Shown here in pieces: positions 29,940 through 39,810 of a stretch of DNA of 64,000 nt; position 1 is the stretch's first letter, and each line of letters starts with the position of its first letter. The DNA lies in assembly GCA_963840455.1 (NCBI GenBank), contig CAWIYV010000011.1, positions 544,001 to 608,000 on the forward strand. The letters run 5' to 3'. The position numbers and the translations under genes are program-made. A model generated the notes under the pieces. It was not told where the DNA came from. It did not search any database and saw only the letters and a program-made list of their open reading frames with translations. This stretch comes from Nitrospirota bacterium (GTDB lineage: Bacteria > Nitrospirota > UBA9217).

Positions 29940-32657
29940 CTACGGTCCCGTCTGCCCCGCTGCCTGTCTCCGCAGCACCGCCTTCAGCGCCTCCATGGAC
30001 AGCAGCACGACCGCGCTGATAGCCATGACTGTGGCAAGGTCCTTAAACGTGGGAAGCCTGATCCCGAAGGTCTCGCGCAGCGCAGGGATCTGGATAAGTC
30101 CGAAGGCCAGCACCAGTTCCCAAAAGATCGCCAAGAGCAGCCACTTGTGGGGCGGCGCCTTGAAGATGCTGTACTTGAGCGAGCGGAAGCTCATGGCGAT
30201 GACCAGCTCGACCACGATGAAGAGGAAGAACATCTCGGTCCGCATGTGTTCGATCTCTCCCAGGTCATGGAAGAAGAGCCAGAAGAAAAGCGGAGCCTCC
30301 ACGACGAGCGCCAGCAGGATGAAGGTCATCACTTCCCGGGTGAACACGCTTTCCTTCGGGTCCCGCGGCGGCCGCTGCATGATGTCCGGGTCGGGCGGCG
30401 ACACGCCCAGGGCGAGAGCCGGCAGGCCATCGGTCGCCAGGTTGATGTAGAGGATGGCGGCGGGCAGGAGCGGCAGATATTCCGGCCCCATCATCAGCAC
30501 CACGCCGCCGATGACGGCCACCTCGGTGATGTTGGCGCGCAGGAGATAGGTGAGATACTTCTTGATGTTGTCGTAGATCCAGCGGCCGCGCTCGATCGCC
30601 GAAACGATGGTGGCGAAGTTGTCGTCCGTCAGCACCATGTCCGCCGCCTCCTTCGTCACCTCGGTCCCGGTGATGCCCATGGCGATGCCGATGTCGGCGT
30701 GCTTCAGCGCCGGGGCGTCGTTCACGCCGTCACCGGTCATGGCCACCACGTCGCCGCGCTGCTTCCAGGCCTTCACGATCTTGAGCTTGTCCATGGGCGA
30801 CACGCGTGCGTAGACGGTGACGGTCTGCACGATCGCGGCGAACGCTTCGTCCGACAACTTCTCCAGTTCCTCCCCCGTGAGGACCCGGTCGCCCTCCTGG
30901 TGAATGCCCATCTCCCGGGCAATGGCCACGGCAGTAAGCTTGTGGTCGCCGGTGATCATGACCGGTTTGATGTGCACCTGCTTGCAGACCCGGATCGCCT
31001 CAATGGCCTCGGGCCGAGGCGGATCCATCATGCCGGCAAGGCCGAGGAAGACCATGTCGTTCTCCACATCATCCTCGGACAAGGCGGCGCCCGCCGGCAG
31101 GTCGCGGGAGGCCAGGCCGAGCACACGCAGAGCATCCTTTGCCATGCTCTCATTCGCGGCGAGTATGGCATCCCGGCCCTCGGGCGTGAGCGCACGCGGC
31201 CCGCTCTCCTCCATCACATGGCTGCACCGCCCCAACACCAGCTCAGGGGCTCCCTTCATGCAGGCGGTGCGCTGTCCGGCCTTTTCATGGATCGTGGTCA
31301 TGCGCTTCCGTTCCGAACTGAAGGGGATCTCCTCCACCCGCGGGCTCCCGAGCCTCGTCTCGCGAACGCGCATGTCCGCCTTGGCCGCAGCCACGACGAG
31401 CGAGCCTTCGGTGGGATCTCCGGTGACGCGCCACTGTCCGTCCTTCTCCTGCAGGTCCGAATCGTTGCACAGGACCCCGCACTTGAGGAACTCCTCGAGG
31501 GGACGGTTCCCGACAGCCTTGAGAGTCTCTCCGCGCGCGGTGAACCCGCCCTCCGGCGCGTACCCCGCCCCGCTTACCTCGATCATCGTGCCCGGCAGAT
31601 ACAACTTCCGGACGGTCATCTCTCCCCGCGTGAGCGTGCCGGTCTTGTCGGTGCAGATCACCGTGGTGCAGCCCAGCGTTTCAACAGCAGGCATCTTGCG
31701 CACCAGCGCGTGCTCCTTCGCCATCTGGCGCATACCGATGGCGAGCGCGCCGGTCACGATGGCGGCGAGGGCCTCGGGAACCGCGGCAACGGCGAGGGCG
31801 ATGGCGAACATGGTGATCGTCACGATGAAAGGCAGTTCAACGGTCCCCTTGGTGAGATATTCACGGGCGATGCTGATGCCCGCGACCAGGATGCAGATGC
31901 CGAGGGCGATCATGCCGAGCCATCTGCCGATCTCCTCGGTCCGCTTCTCCAGCGGCGTCTTCTCCGTCTTGACCGTGGAGACTTCCTCGGCGATCTTGCC
32001 GAACTCGGTCCCCATGGCCGTTGCGGTGACCACGGCCCTTCCCCGGCCGTAGGTGACCGTCGTTCCCGTAAAGACCATATTCCGCCGGTCGTTGACCCGC
32101 GTCGCTTCAGGGAGCGCGTCCGCGGACTTGCCCGCGGGCATGGATTCTCCGGTGAGCGATGCCTCGTCGCACTTCAGAGAGTGCCCCTCCACAATGCGGC
32201 CGTCAGCCGGGATCTTGTCGCCTGCCTCGAGGACCATGATGTCGCCGGGCACCAGGTCCTTCGACGGCACATCCTCCTCCCGTCCGGCCCGCAGGACCGT
32301 GATCGTCGGGGAGAGCATCTTCTTGAGCGCCTCGATCGCGCGCTCGGCGCGGTACTCCTGGATGAAGCCGAGGACCGCCACGAAGACCACGATCACGGCA
32401 ATGATGGCCGCGTCCATGACCTCGCCGACCAGCGCGGACAGCGCAATGGCGACCAGCAGGATGATGACCAGCACGTTCTTGAACTGACCCAGGAACAGGG
32501 CAAAGGGCGAGACGCCCTCCTCCTTCCGGAGCTCGTTCGGACCGTACTGACCCAGCCGCCGGGCCGCCTCCGCCGCGGAGAGGCCCTTCCGCGCGTCTGT
32601 TTTCAGCTCTGCGATGACCTGGGCTGATTCGCGTGCATGCCATGCCTGTTGTGTCAT
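29940..32657 (-). CDS. Cation-translocating P-type ATPase (type II, Ca2+-ATPase-like)
   Basis: LTGES, VPEAL, DKTGTLT, KGAPE, MITGD, MTGDGVNDAP, NLATDGLPALAL; RBS before MTQQAWH. Confidence 0.95.
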   Translation of the reverse strand: MTQQAWHARESAQVIAELKTDARKGLSAAEAARRLGQYGPNELRKEEGVSPFALFLGQFKNVLVIILLVAIALSALVGEVMDAAIIAVIVVFVAVLGFIQEYRAERAIEALKKMLSPTITVLRAGREEDVPSKDLVPGDIMVLEAGDKIPADGRIVEGHSLKCDEASLTGESMPAGKSADALPEATRVNDRRNMVFTGTTVTYGRGRAVVTATAMGTEFGKIAEEVSTVKTEKTPLEKRTEEIGRWLGMIALGICILVAGISIAREYLTKGTVELPFIVTITMFAIALAVAAVPEALAAIVTGALAIGMRQMAKEHALVRKMPAVETLGCTTVICTDKTGTLTRGEMTVRKLYLPGTMIEVSGAGYAPEGGFTARGETLKAVGNRPLEEFLKCGVLCNDSDLQEKDGQWRVTGDPTEGSLVVAAAKADMRVRETRLGSPRVEEIPFSSERKRMTTIHEKAGQRTACMKGAPELVLGRCSHVMEESGPRALTPEGRDAILAANESMAKDALRVLGLASRDLPAGAALSEDDVENDMVFLGLAGMMDPPRPEAIEAIRVCKQVHIKPVMITGDHKLTAVAIAREMGIHQEGDRVLTGEELEKLSDEAFAAIVQTVTVYARVSPMDKLKIVKAWKQRGDVVAMTGDGVNDAPALKHADIGIAMGITGTEVTKEAADMVLTDDNFATIVSAIERGRWIYDNIKKYLTYLLRANITEVAVIGGVVLMMGPEYLPLLPAAILYINLATDGLPALALGVSPPDPDIMQRPPRDPKESVFTREVMTFILLALVVEAPLFFWLFFHDLGEIEHMRTEMFFLFIVVELVIAMSFRSLKYSIFKAPPHKWLLLAIFWELVLAFGLIQIPALRETFGIRLPTFKDLATVMAISAVVLLSMEALKAVLRRQAAGQTGP

Positions 32658-32882
32658 TCGATTCTCCTGTCGCCCAATGGTTGCTGCTGGAACAAAAAAG
32701 ACCTTTACCACGGTTGTTCCTTAACGTGGTAAAGGTCTCGCATATCAGGCTCACCTGACCAGTGATGCCGGTCCCGCTATCGCGGAACGTGATGACGATC
32801 ATCACTGCAGAACGCTACTCCCCTTTACAGACCAAGTGTAGCAGAGCGCGCGGGACGGTGTCAAGGCCGTCCGCGCTGCCGG

Positions 32883-33191
32883 TCACTTCGAGAAAACGCT
32901 GAACAGCTTGTCGAGGGAGCTCTTTTCGAGATTGATGATCTGGGCCAGTTCGCCGCTGTCCAGCCAGACCCCCTCGCAGGCGGAGCACCGGTCGACCTTG
33001 ATGGACTTGTAGTCGATCTCCACCAGGTTCATGCCGCACTTGGGGCATTTCATGTGATGGAGCTCCCTGGCCTTCTGCCGCTCGGCGTCGGCGAGCTTCT
33101 TTTGCTTCTCCTGCTCGACCTTCTGTTTCTTCTCGAACATCTCCCGGGCAAAATACTCTTCTTCCTTCTCGCTCGGCTTCCTCAGGGTCAT
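32883..33191 (-). CDS. zf-TFIIB-like zinc-ribbon protein
   Basis: EEEYF..coiled coil..MKCPKCG..VDRCSACEGVWLDSGEL. Confidence 0.85.
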   Translation of the reverse strand: MTLRKPSEKEEEYFAREMFEKKQKVEQEKQKKLADAERQKARELHHMKCPKCGMNLVEIDYKSIKVDRCSACEGVWLDSGELAQIINLEKSSLDKLFSVFSK

Positions 33192-33299
33192 GACCTAGAT
33201 CCTCCTTACCGTGTGTCGTTCAAAATAGATCGCGGTGCTCCGCGTTCTCGTATCCCGTTCATCCGTGCCTCAGCGCGGTGCAAGGGTCCCGCTGTTCCG

Positions 33300-35321
33300 T
33301 TACTTCTTCTCGATCACGAACAGCAGCTGCTTCTCGCGCACCGTCTCGTTGAGCTTCACACAGACCTCGGCGATCCTGCCGTCGAAGGGCGCCAGGATGG
33401 CATTCTCCATCTTCATGGCCTCGAGGTTCGCCATTTCCTCGCCCTTGTGAACGATATCGTCCACCTTCAGGACGCCGCGCGCCGGATTGCCAATGCGCCA
33501 TACGCTCCCGTTGATCGGCGCGCCCACGTCGCCGGCGGTCTTGGCCAGCCGCACTTCGACCTTCTTGGCCCGCGGCGTCTCGACCGTGTAGACCCGCGTC
33601 TTGTTGTTCACGCGCATCACCACGTCGATGATGCCGCTATGCTCGGCGCCGATGGAGACGAGCTCGATCGAGTAAGGCTTGCCCCAGAGCTCGAAGTCGA
33701 CGCGTTCGCCCGGCTTCCGGAGCCCTTCCCGCCACACGCCCGTGGGGAGGACCAGCGGAGCCTCGCCGAACTTTTCGCGGAACTCGAAATACTCCAGCGC
33801 GTCCTTGGGGTGCATGAGCCAGAGGATGAACTCCTCATCCGTCACGTCCCGTCCGAGGTTTGCGCCAAGCTCCTGCCGCAGCCGTGCAAGGTCGTCCTCC
33901 GCTACGGACTCGAGCGGCGATAGCTCCTTCCGGTCCTTGAGCTTCGTCTGCCACTCGTCGCCGAAGGCACTCCGGTAGACCCAGTCAGCGGGCCAGCCCA
34001 CGGGCATGCGGCCGTAGTTGCCCAGCAGGAGGTTCTTGAAGTCGCCGGGCGCGTTGCGAAAGAGCGTCAGCAGTTCGTCCTGCTCCGCCGGCGTCATCGC
34101 GCCGAGGTCCTGCGCCTTCTCCTCGACGAACTTCACCATAAGATCGATGACGTGCTTCACGCCCGCGTCGCCCTTCTCCTTGGCGTACTTGTTCACGATG
34201 CCGCTGCAGGTGACCCAGGTGATCTGGGAGCCCGGCGTCACGTCGAAGTACTTCACGATGCGGTTGTACAGCGACATGAGCTTCAGGATCGCGGGCATGA
34301 GATGGAGGAACTCCGCCTTCTGCGCCTGCTCGAAGGAGCTCGGGAACGCACCGCCGGGCATCTTGTGGAGCGTGACCGTATGGTCGAAGCCCTTAAAGGG
34401 AGACTCGGCCCACTCGTAGTCAGCGATCCATTCGCGCACCTTTCGGACCGCGGCCTCGGCCTCCTGACGGTCCAGGTGGACCGGGATGCCCGACTCCTCG
34501 AAGATCGCCTGCACCGCCAGAATGGGCGAGTGGCCGTAGAACCGGACCAGTGAGTCCTCCTCGACGTCGAAGATCGCGGCGCCCGCCTTGGCCGCCGCCA
34601 GCATAGCCGGGATGGCCAGGCCGTCGGTGATATGCCGGTGGTAGTTGATAACCAGGCCGGGGTGGGCCTGCTTGATGGCGCTGATCAGGCTGCCGATGCG
34701 GGTCACGTCTCCCACGCCGGCCATGTCCTTCACGCACAGGACGATCTCGTCCGTGCCCCCGCAGAGGTCCACGATGTCCCGCACCACCTTGAGATAGTAG
34801 TCGTTCGTGGTCCAGTCCGCCGAGGTGAAGGAGATGGTCGGCTCGAACAGCCTGCCCCGCTTCATCACCACCTCGGCAACGGCGCGCATGTTCCTCACGT
34901 CGTTCAGGAAGGAGAAGCACCGCCACACGTCGATGTCCACCGCGCCCACGGCCTCTTCGATCACGTTCCGGGGATAGGGGCGATAGCCCCAGAGGTTCGT
35001 CTCGCGGATGAGGGTCTGGAGCAGCACGGTCGGCATGAGCTGCCGGAGGAGCGCAGTCTCCTCAAAGGGGCTCTCCCGGCGGTTCATGATGCCCACGTGC
35101 CACCGGGCGCCGCCGTGGCACTCGGCGCTGAACAGGCCCATGCGATCATAGTGCGGCGCCAGGGTCTTCAGGTCGTGGATGCGGTGGCGGTTCTTGAAGT
35201 CCGACTGACCCGCGTCGCGCATGCCCACCGAGGTGAGGCAGGCGCCCTTCAGGCCGCGGACGGCCTTCACGATCTCTTTCGGCGACATCCCGGGTTTGAC
35301 GAATATGTTATTTGCCATCAC
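33300..35321 (-). CDS. Divergent pyruvate/oxaloacetate-carboxylase-family carboxyltransferase with C-terminal biotin carrier domain
   Basis: MRDAGQS, CVKDMAG, HRH, DVTPGSQ; biotinylation motif EAMKMEN. Confidence 0.85.
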   Translation of the reverse strand: MMANNIFVKPGMSPKEIVKAVRGLKGACLTSVGMRDAGQSDFKNRHRIHDLKTLAPHYDRMGLFSAECHGGARWHVGIMNRRESPFEETALLRQLMPTVLLQTLIRETNLWGYRPYPRNVIEEAVGAVDIDVWRCFSFLNDVRNMRAVAEVVMKRGRLFEPTISFTSADWTTNDYYLKVVRDIVDLCGGTDEIVLCVKDMAGVGDVTRIGSLISAIKQAHPGLVINYHRHITDGLAIPAMLAAAKAGAAIFDVEEDSLVRFYGHSPILAVQAIFEESGIPVHLDRQEAEAAVRKVREWIADYEWAESPFKGFDHTVTLHKMPGGAFPSSFEQAQKAEFLHLMPAILKLMSLYNRIVKYFDVTPGSQITWVTCSGIVNKYAKEKGDAGVKHVIDLMVKFVEEKAQDLGAMTPAEQDELLTLFRNAPGDFKNLLLGNYGRMPVGWPADWVYRSAFGDEWQTKLKDRKELSPLESVAEDDLARLRQELGANLGRDVTDEEFILWLMHPKDALEYFEFREKFGEAPLVLPTGVWREGLRKPGERVDFELWGKPYSIELVSIGAEHSGIIDVVMRVNNKTRVYTVETPRAKKVEVRLAKTAGDVGAPINGSVWRIGNPARGVLKVDDIVHKGEEMANLEAMKMENAILAPFDGRIAEVCVKLNETVREKQLLFVIEKK

Positions 35322-35389
35322 TTCCTCTTAAGATCGCTGCAATAGTTAACCACGGACGAACACGGCACAACCTCTGTCAAGACGCTGGA

Positions 35390-35487
35390 ACCGCCAGGGC
35401 GCAAAGGGTCGCGAGGAAGGCCGTACTATAAAAAAGCTAGTGTCCTGATCGATTTTGACGTCCTTGCGTCCTTCGCGCCTTCGCGGT
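35390..35487. repeat. Intergenic imperfect inverted-repeat element (sister of 26679-26778)
   Basis: ACCGCCAGGGCGCAAAGGGTCGCGAGG ... CCTTGCGTCCTTCGCGCCTTCGCGGT. Confidence 0.65.
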
Positions 35488-35519
35488 GAGATGCTTTTAT
35501 TTCTGTTTCCTGATTCTTG

Positions 35520-36110
35520 TCACTTGCTGCTCTTGGCAGCAGCTCCGCTTCGCTTCACCTTCAGGTCCTTGATGAGGCCGTCGGAGATCGAATAGATCCA
35601 CCCGTGGATGTAGAGCTTCCGGCCCCGCTCCCAGGCCTTCTGGACGATGGTGTTGTGCGCCAGGTTCTCCACCTGTTGCTTCACGTTCAGTTCGCACAGC
35701 TCGTTCAGCGAGATCCGCTTGTGCTTCCGCGCGGAGATCTGCACGCTCTCGAGCCAGTGTTCCAACACGCCGGTGGCGGCGTTCTTCCTGACGGCCGCGA
35801 TGCCGCCGCATCCGTAATGGCCGCACACGATGATGTGCCTGACCTTCAGGACCTCAACGGCGTACTGCAGGACGCACATCAGGTTCATGTCTGTATTGAT
35901 GACCTGATTGGAGATGTTCCGATGGACGAAGACCTCGCCCGGCAGCAGTCCCGTGATCTGGTTCGCCGGCACCCGGCTGTCGGAACAGCCGATCCACAGG
36001 TACTTGGGCCGCTGCTGCTTCCGAAGCTTGCCGAAGAACCCGGGGTTCTCGATCTCGACCTGCCGGGCCCATTCCCTGTTGTTCTCCAGCAGCTTGTTAA
36101 TGTCCTTCAT
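35520..36110 (-). CDS. can: Beta-class carbonic anhydrase
   Basis: WIGCSDSRVP, GEVFVHRNISN, VCGHYGCGG Zn ligands. Confidence 0.96.
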   Translation of the reverse strand: MKDINKLLENNREWARQVEIENPGFFGKLRKQQRPKYLWIGCSDSRVPANQITGLLPGEVFVHRNISNQVINTDMNLMCVLQYAVEVLKVRHIIVCGHYGCGGIAAVRKNAATGVLEHWLESVQISARKHKRISLNELCELNVKQQVENLAHNTIVQKAWERGRKLYIHGWIYSISDGLIKDLKVKRSGAAAKSSK

Positions 36111-36143
36111 TCCCGGACCCCTGTCTCCTGACCCCGATACTTC

Positions 36144-37601
36144 TTACATCCACTTCTGCGGCCCCAGCGCCGAGATCTCGGCGACGTAGCGCGCAATCTT
36201 GAGCACCTCGTCCTCGCTGTTGTCATCGCTGAACATGGAGATCAGTTCATCCATGTGCTCTTCGATGAACCGCGTGGAAAATTCACCGGAGATGAACGAC
36301 GGGTGGCGGATGATGCTGAGCAGCAGCGGCTGGAGCGTCTTGATGCCCTCGACGCGGAGGTTCCTGCCCAGGCAGCGGTCCATTACCCGGATGGCGTCCT
36401 TGCGGTCCGCGCCGGCCGTCATGAGCAGCATGAAGAGGGAGTCATAGTACGGCGGGATGTCCCCGCCCTCGTACACGCCCGAGGCGACCCGCACGTTGGG
36501 GCCCATGGGGGTCTGGAGCCGGGAAATCTTCCCGAAGGAGGGGCTGAAGGTCTTCGGGTCCTCGGCGTTCAGCCGGACCTCAAGGGCCCAGCGGTTCGGC
36601 CGGATGTCGGCCTGCTTGAACGGCAGCTTCTTGCCCAACGCCGTGTCGATCATGATGCCGACGATGTCGAGACCCGTGATGAGCTCGGTGATGCCGTGCT
36701 CCACCTGGAGCCGGGTGTTCACCTCGAGGAAGTAGAACTTCCGCGTCGCCGAATCGAAGATGTACTCGACCGTGCCCGCGGTGACGTACCCGATCTCGCG
36801 CATGAGCTGCGCCGCGGTAGAGCAGATATCCTCGCGCAGCTTCTCGTCGAGGCTCGGAGACGGCGCCTCCTCGATGATCTTCTGATTCCTGCGCTGGAGT
36901 GTGCATTCGCGTTCGTAGAGGTGCCGCACGTTCCCGTGGCTGTCGGCCACGATCTGGACTTCGATGTGCCGGCCCCGCTCGATGTACTTCTCCACCAGGA
37001 TCGTCTCGTCGCCGAAAGACTTCTTCGCCTCGGACCGGGCCTGGGCCAGGGCCAGGGCGATGTCCTCTGCACGGTCGACCTTGATCATGCCCTTGCCGCC
37101 GCCGCCTGCCGAGGCCTTGATAATGATGGGGAACACGACCTGCTCGTCGCGCATCCACGACCTGATCTGCGCCGGGTCGGTCACGTTGCTGACACCGGGA
37201 ATGACCGGCACGCCTGCCTTGCGCGCCAGCTGCTTCGCCTGGATCTTGTCCCCCATGAGGTGGATGACCTTGGGCGGCGGGCCGATCCACAGGAGGCCCG
37301 CGTCCATCACTTTCTTCGCAAAGGTCTCGTTCTCGGCCAGGAAGCCCCAACCCGGATGGATGGCGTCAGAGCCGCTCCGGAGCGCGGCCTCGACCATCCG
37401 ATCCATATTGAGATAGGATTCGATGGGCGGGGCCTCGCCGATGTGCACGGCCGAATCGGCCATGAACACGTGGTGGGCCAGCCGGTCGGGCGAGCTGTAC
37501 ACAGCCGTGGTGGGGATGTTCCGGTCGCGGCAGGTGTGCATGACCCGCACCGCGGGAACGCCGCGGTTCGCCACCAGCACTTTTTTGATCGTTCGCTCCA
37601 T
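36144..37601 (-). CDS. Biotin carboxylase subunit (PycA/AccC family)
   Basis: KKVLVANRG, IHPGWGFLAEN, KASAGGGGKG, RECTLQRRNQKIIEEAP, FLEVNTRLQVEH, NAEDP. Confidence 0.95.
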   Translation of the reverse strand: MERTIKKVLVANRGVPAVRVMHTCRDRNIPTTAVYSSPDRLAHHVFMADSAVHIGEAPPIESYLNMDRMVEAALRSGSDAIHPGWGFLAENETFAKKVMDAGLLWIGPPPKVIHLMGDKIQAKQLARKAGVPVIPGVSNVTDPAQIRSWMRDEQVVFPIIIKASAGGGGKGMIKVDRAEDIALALAQARSEAKKSFGDETILVEKYIERGRHIEVQIVADSHGNVRHLYERECTLQRRNQKIIEEAPSPSLDEKLREDICSTAAQLMREIGYVTAGTVEYIFDSATRKFYFLEVNTRLQVEHGITELITGLDIVGIMIDTALGKKLPFKQADIRPNRWALEVRLNAEDPKTFSPSFGKISRLQTPMGPNVRVASGVYEGGDIPPYYDSLFMLLMTAGADRKDAIRVMDRCLGRNLRVEGIKTLQPLLLSIIRHPSFISGEFSTRFIEEHMDELISMFSDDNSEDEVLKIARYVAEISALGPQKWM

Positions 37602-37642
37602 GGACATTGCTCCTTCGCTCCCGCACAAGGCGGGGCGCTCGC

Positions 37643-38095
37643 TCAGATCTTTTTTCCGATCCAGCCGAAGGCAATCAGCGAGGCGGACACCGCTGCCACG
37701 GCAATTCCGAAGTAGAGCATCCCCAGCGGGTCCTTCCATTCTACCAGGTGCTCCAGAAAGGTGACCGCCATCACCAGGATCATGACGCTCGAGAGCTTCA
37801 CCTTCAGGTCATCGAGGTTATGGACCACCAGCCATTCGGGAAGTTTGATTTCCTCAATGAACAGCTCATACAGGCCGAGCGCGAAGATGAGCAGCGCCGT
37901 GGCGATCAGGAACGAATCCATCAGCGCGATGAGCTCCACTGATGCCACCGGTGATGCGGCCGTGCTCAGCACAAGGTGTTTGATGACGAGCACGGTCTTG
38001 ACGGCACCCCAGACGGATGCCGCAAGCGCGGCGAGCAGCGAGAACACCACGCTGATCAGCACCAGGTATACGCTCTTTTCGAGCAGTTTTTTCAT
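37643..38095 (-). CDS. YqhA/UPF0114 family membrane protein
   Basis: DSFLIA..IFALGLYELFI..PEWL..LDDLKVKL. Confidence 0.85.
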   Translation of the reverse strand: MKKLLEKSVYLVLISVVFSLLAALAASVWGAVKTVLVIKHLVLSTAASPVASVELIALMDSFLIATALLIFALGLYELFIEEIKLPEWLVVHNLDDLKVKLSSVMILVMAVTFLEHLVEWKDPLGMLYFGIAVAAVSASLIAFGWIGKKI

Positions 38096-38308
38096 CAGGG
38101 AAGAGGCCTCCGGCAATGAATATTTGAATCCGGGAAAAAGTAACGATGAAAATACCATTATTCTGAGAACTTGTAAAGAGGCTGTTTCACCTTCGCCGGA
38201 GCCTCCCGCTGCAGATTCGTGATTCTTCCCCGGCCGCGCCGTGGTATAATGACGCTGTTCCGGAGCAGCCCTGGTTGCACCTTTCCTTAACAACAGGAGG
38301 ACCGGTTG

Positions 38309-38881
38309 ATGAAGCGTTTTTCCGCAGCCCTTGGCATACTCTGCGTCCTGTCTCTGCTGTCCGTCGTCGCGGCAGCGGCCGATGTGTCAAAGGACGAGAG
38401 GAACCTCGAGCGGGAGGCGAAGCGCCTGAACGACACGGCAGCGAAGCCCGACGGCGAGAAAGCCGTGGTCAAGCGGCTTGCCGTGGAGTTCAAGACGACC
38501 GAATCCCAGGTGCAAGCGCTCCGGGACCGGCAGCTCGGCTACGGCGAGGTCGCGATCGTGCTGTCGCTCGCTCAGACCCTGCCGGGGAGCGCCACGGACG
38601 CTAACGTGAAGAGGGTGCTCGCCCTGAGGCAGGGCCCGCCGATCATAGGGTGGGGGCAGGTCGCCCAGCAGCTCGGGACGAAGCTTGGCAAGACCGTGAG
38701 CCAGGTCAGGAAGGCGGCGAACAACGCGAACCGGGACATCAAGAACGACCATGCCCGCGCGGGCAAGGCCCCGAAGCAGGTGCCGGTCGAACAAAACCAG
38801 CAGGAACAAAAGAACCCGGAACCACCGCGCTCGTACCAGGGCGACGGCCGTCTCCTGCGGCAGGGCGGCAGTGCGCAGTGA
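38309..38881 (+). CDS. Hypothetical exported protein
   Basis: AGGAGG RBS; signal peptide ending AAAA; helical core with LGYGEVAI and GWGQVAQQLG. Confidence 0.75.
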   Translation: MKRFSAALGILCVLSLLSVVAAAADVSKDERNLEREAKRLNDTAAKPDGEKAVVKRLAVEFKTTESQVQALRDRQLGYGEVAIVLSLAQTLPGSATDANVKRVLALRQGPPIIGWGQVAQQLGTKLGKTVSQVRKAANNANRDIKNDHARAGKAPKQVPVEQNQQEQKNPEPPRSYQGDGRLLRQGGSAQ

Positions 38882-38916
38882 TCGTTCACGCTAGCTATTG
38901 ATCGTTGCTGTCCGGC

Positions 38917-39768
38917 TCACCGTCGGTCAGCAACGCCTCGGAAATGTCGGTTCACCACAGTCTCGATGTTCCTGCCGATGTTCTCCTTTGCGTTCACTAT
39001 GAAGATGCGTTCCTGAACGTGAAAGAGCTCACGTTCCAGCCGCAGGACCGGCGGTGGCTCGCTGCTCCTCTTTGCCAGCTCCTGCTCGAACATCGGCACC
39101 AGTTTATCCTTCATCCTAAGCTCCGTGTCCATCAGAAAAATCGATAACTCCGGTGCCAGGTCTTCCACGCGGTCGAGGAACGCGGCGACCTCGCTTTCCG
39201 TGACCTGCTTGGGCGGCGAGGACTTCGCTTCCACGTACAGGAGCGAACCGTCCATCTTTGCCAGCACGTCGTAATCTCCCCCCACCTTCGGACGTTTGAA
39301 CTTGACGCCCCAGAGAACTTCGGCGCCGAACTCCCGATGGAGCAGCTCTGCGATGTACCATTCCAGCGTCGGCCCGAAGCTCGTGATTCCTGACCGAGAA
39401 AGGACATACCCCGCCGCTCCCTCGGTGATCAGCCTGATTTCCCGAAGATAACCAAGGTAGGACCGGATGACCCGAGCGGTCGAATACCGCGTCACCTGTT
39501 CGAGCGTGAACCGGTCCTGGTGCTTGATGACGTCGCGGAGCAGCAACCGAAAGGAATATTTATGCAGCATGTCGAAGAAGCTGCCGAGGAACGGTTCGTC
39601 GGGCACGAGGAGATCGTCGGTCGGTTCCTTTTTAAAAACCCGGAAACCGCGGCGTTTGAGGATCGTCTCGAGAGAGGGAGTGAGGCGGTTCAGCGCCTGC
39701 CGCAGCCGCTTCACTTCTTCGCGAAGGAGCATTAACTCCACTGCATCATGGTCATCAAGTGTTGCCAT
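38917..39768 (-). CDS. Hypothetical protein with C-terminal PD-(D/E)XK nuclease-like motif
   Basis: GPTLEWY..GGDYDVLA..LLYVEAKS fits an E..D..ExK pattern. Confidence 0.6.
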   Translation of the reverse strand: MATLDDHDAVELMLLREEVKRLRQALNRLTPSLETILKRRGFRVFKKEPTDDLLVPDEPFLGSFFDMLHKYSFRLLLRDVIKHQDRFTLEQVTRYSTARVIRSYLGYLREIRLITEGAAGYVLSRSGITSFGPTLEWYIAELLHREFGAEVLWGVKFKRPKVGGDYDVLAKMDGSLLYVEAKSSPPKQVTESEVAAFLDRVEDLAPELSIFLMDTELRMKDKLVPMFEQELAKRSSEPPPVLRLERELFHVQERIFIVNAKENIGRNIETVVNRHFRGVADRR

Positions 39769-39810
39769 GGCACGGTTTGAGGCGCGTGATAAAGGGAGTT
39801 CCTGCTGTCG

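Noticed and set aside
29859-32627. 922-aa + strand ORF and other long antisense ORFs (e.g. 20577-22694, 12475-13881, 36255-37715)
   Set aside because: Shadows of well-supported genes on the opposite strand, expected with high-GC codon usage; no motifs.
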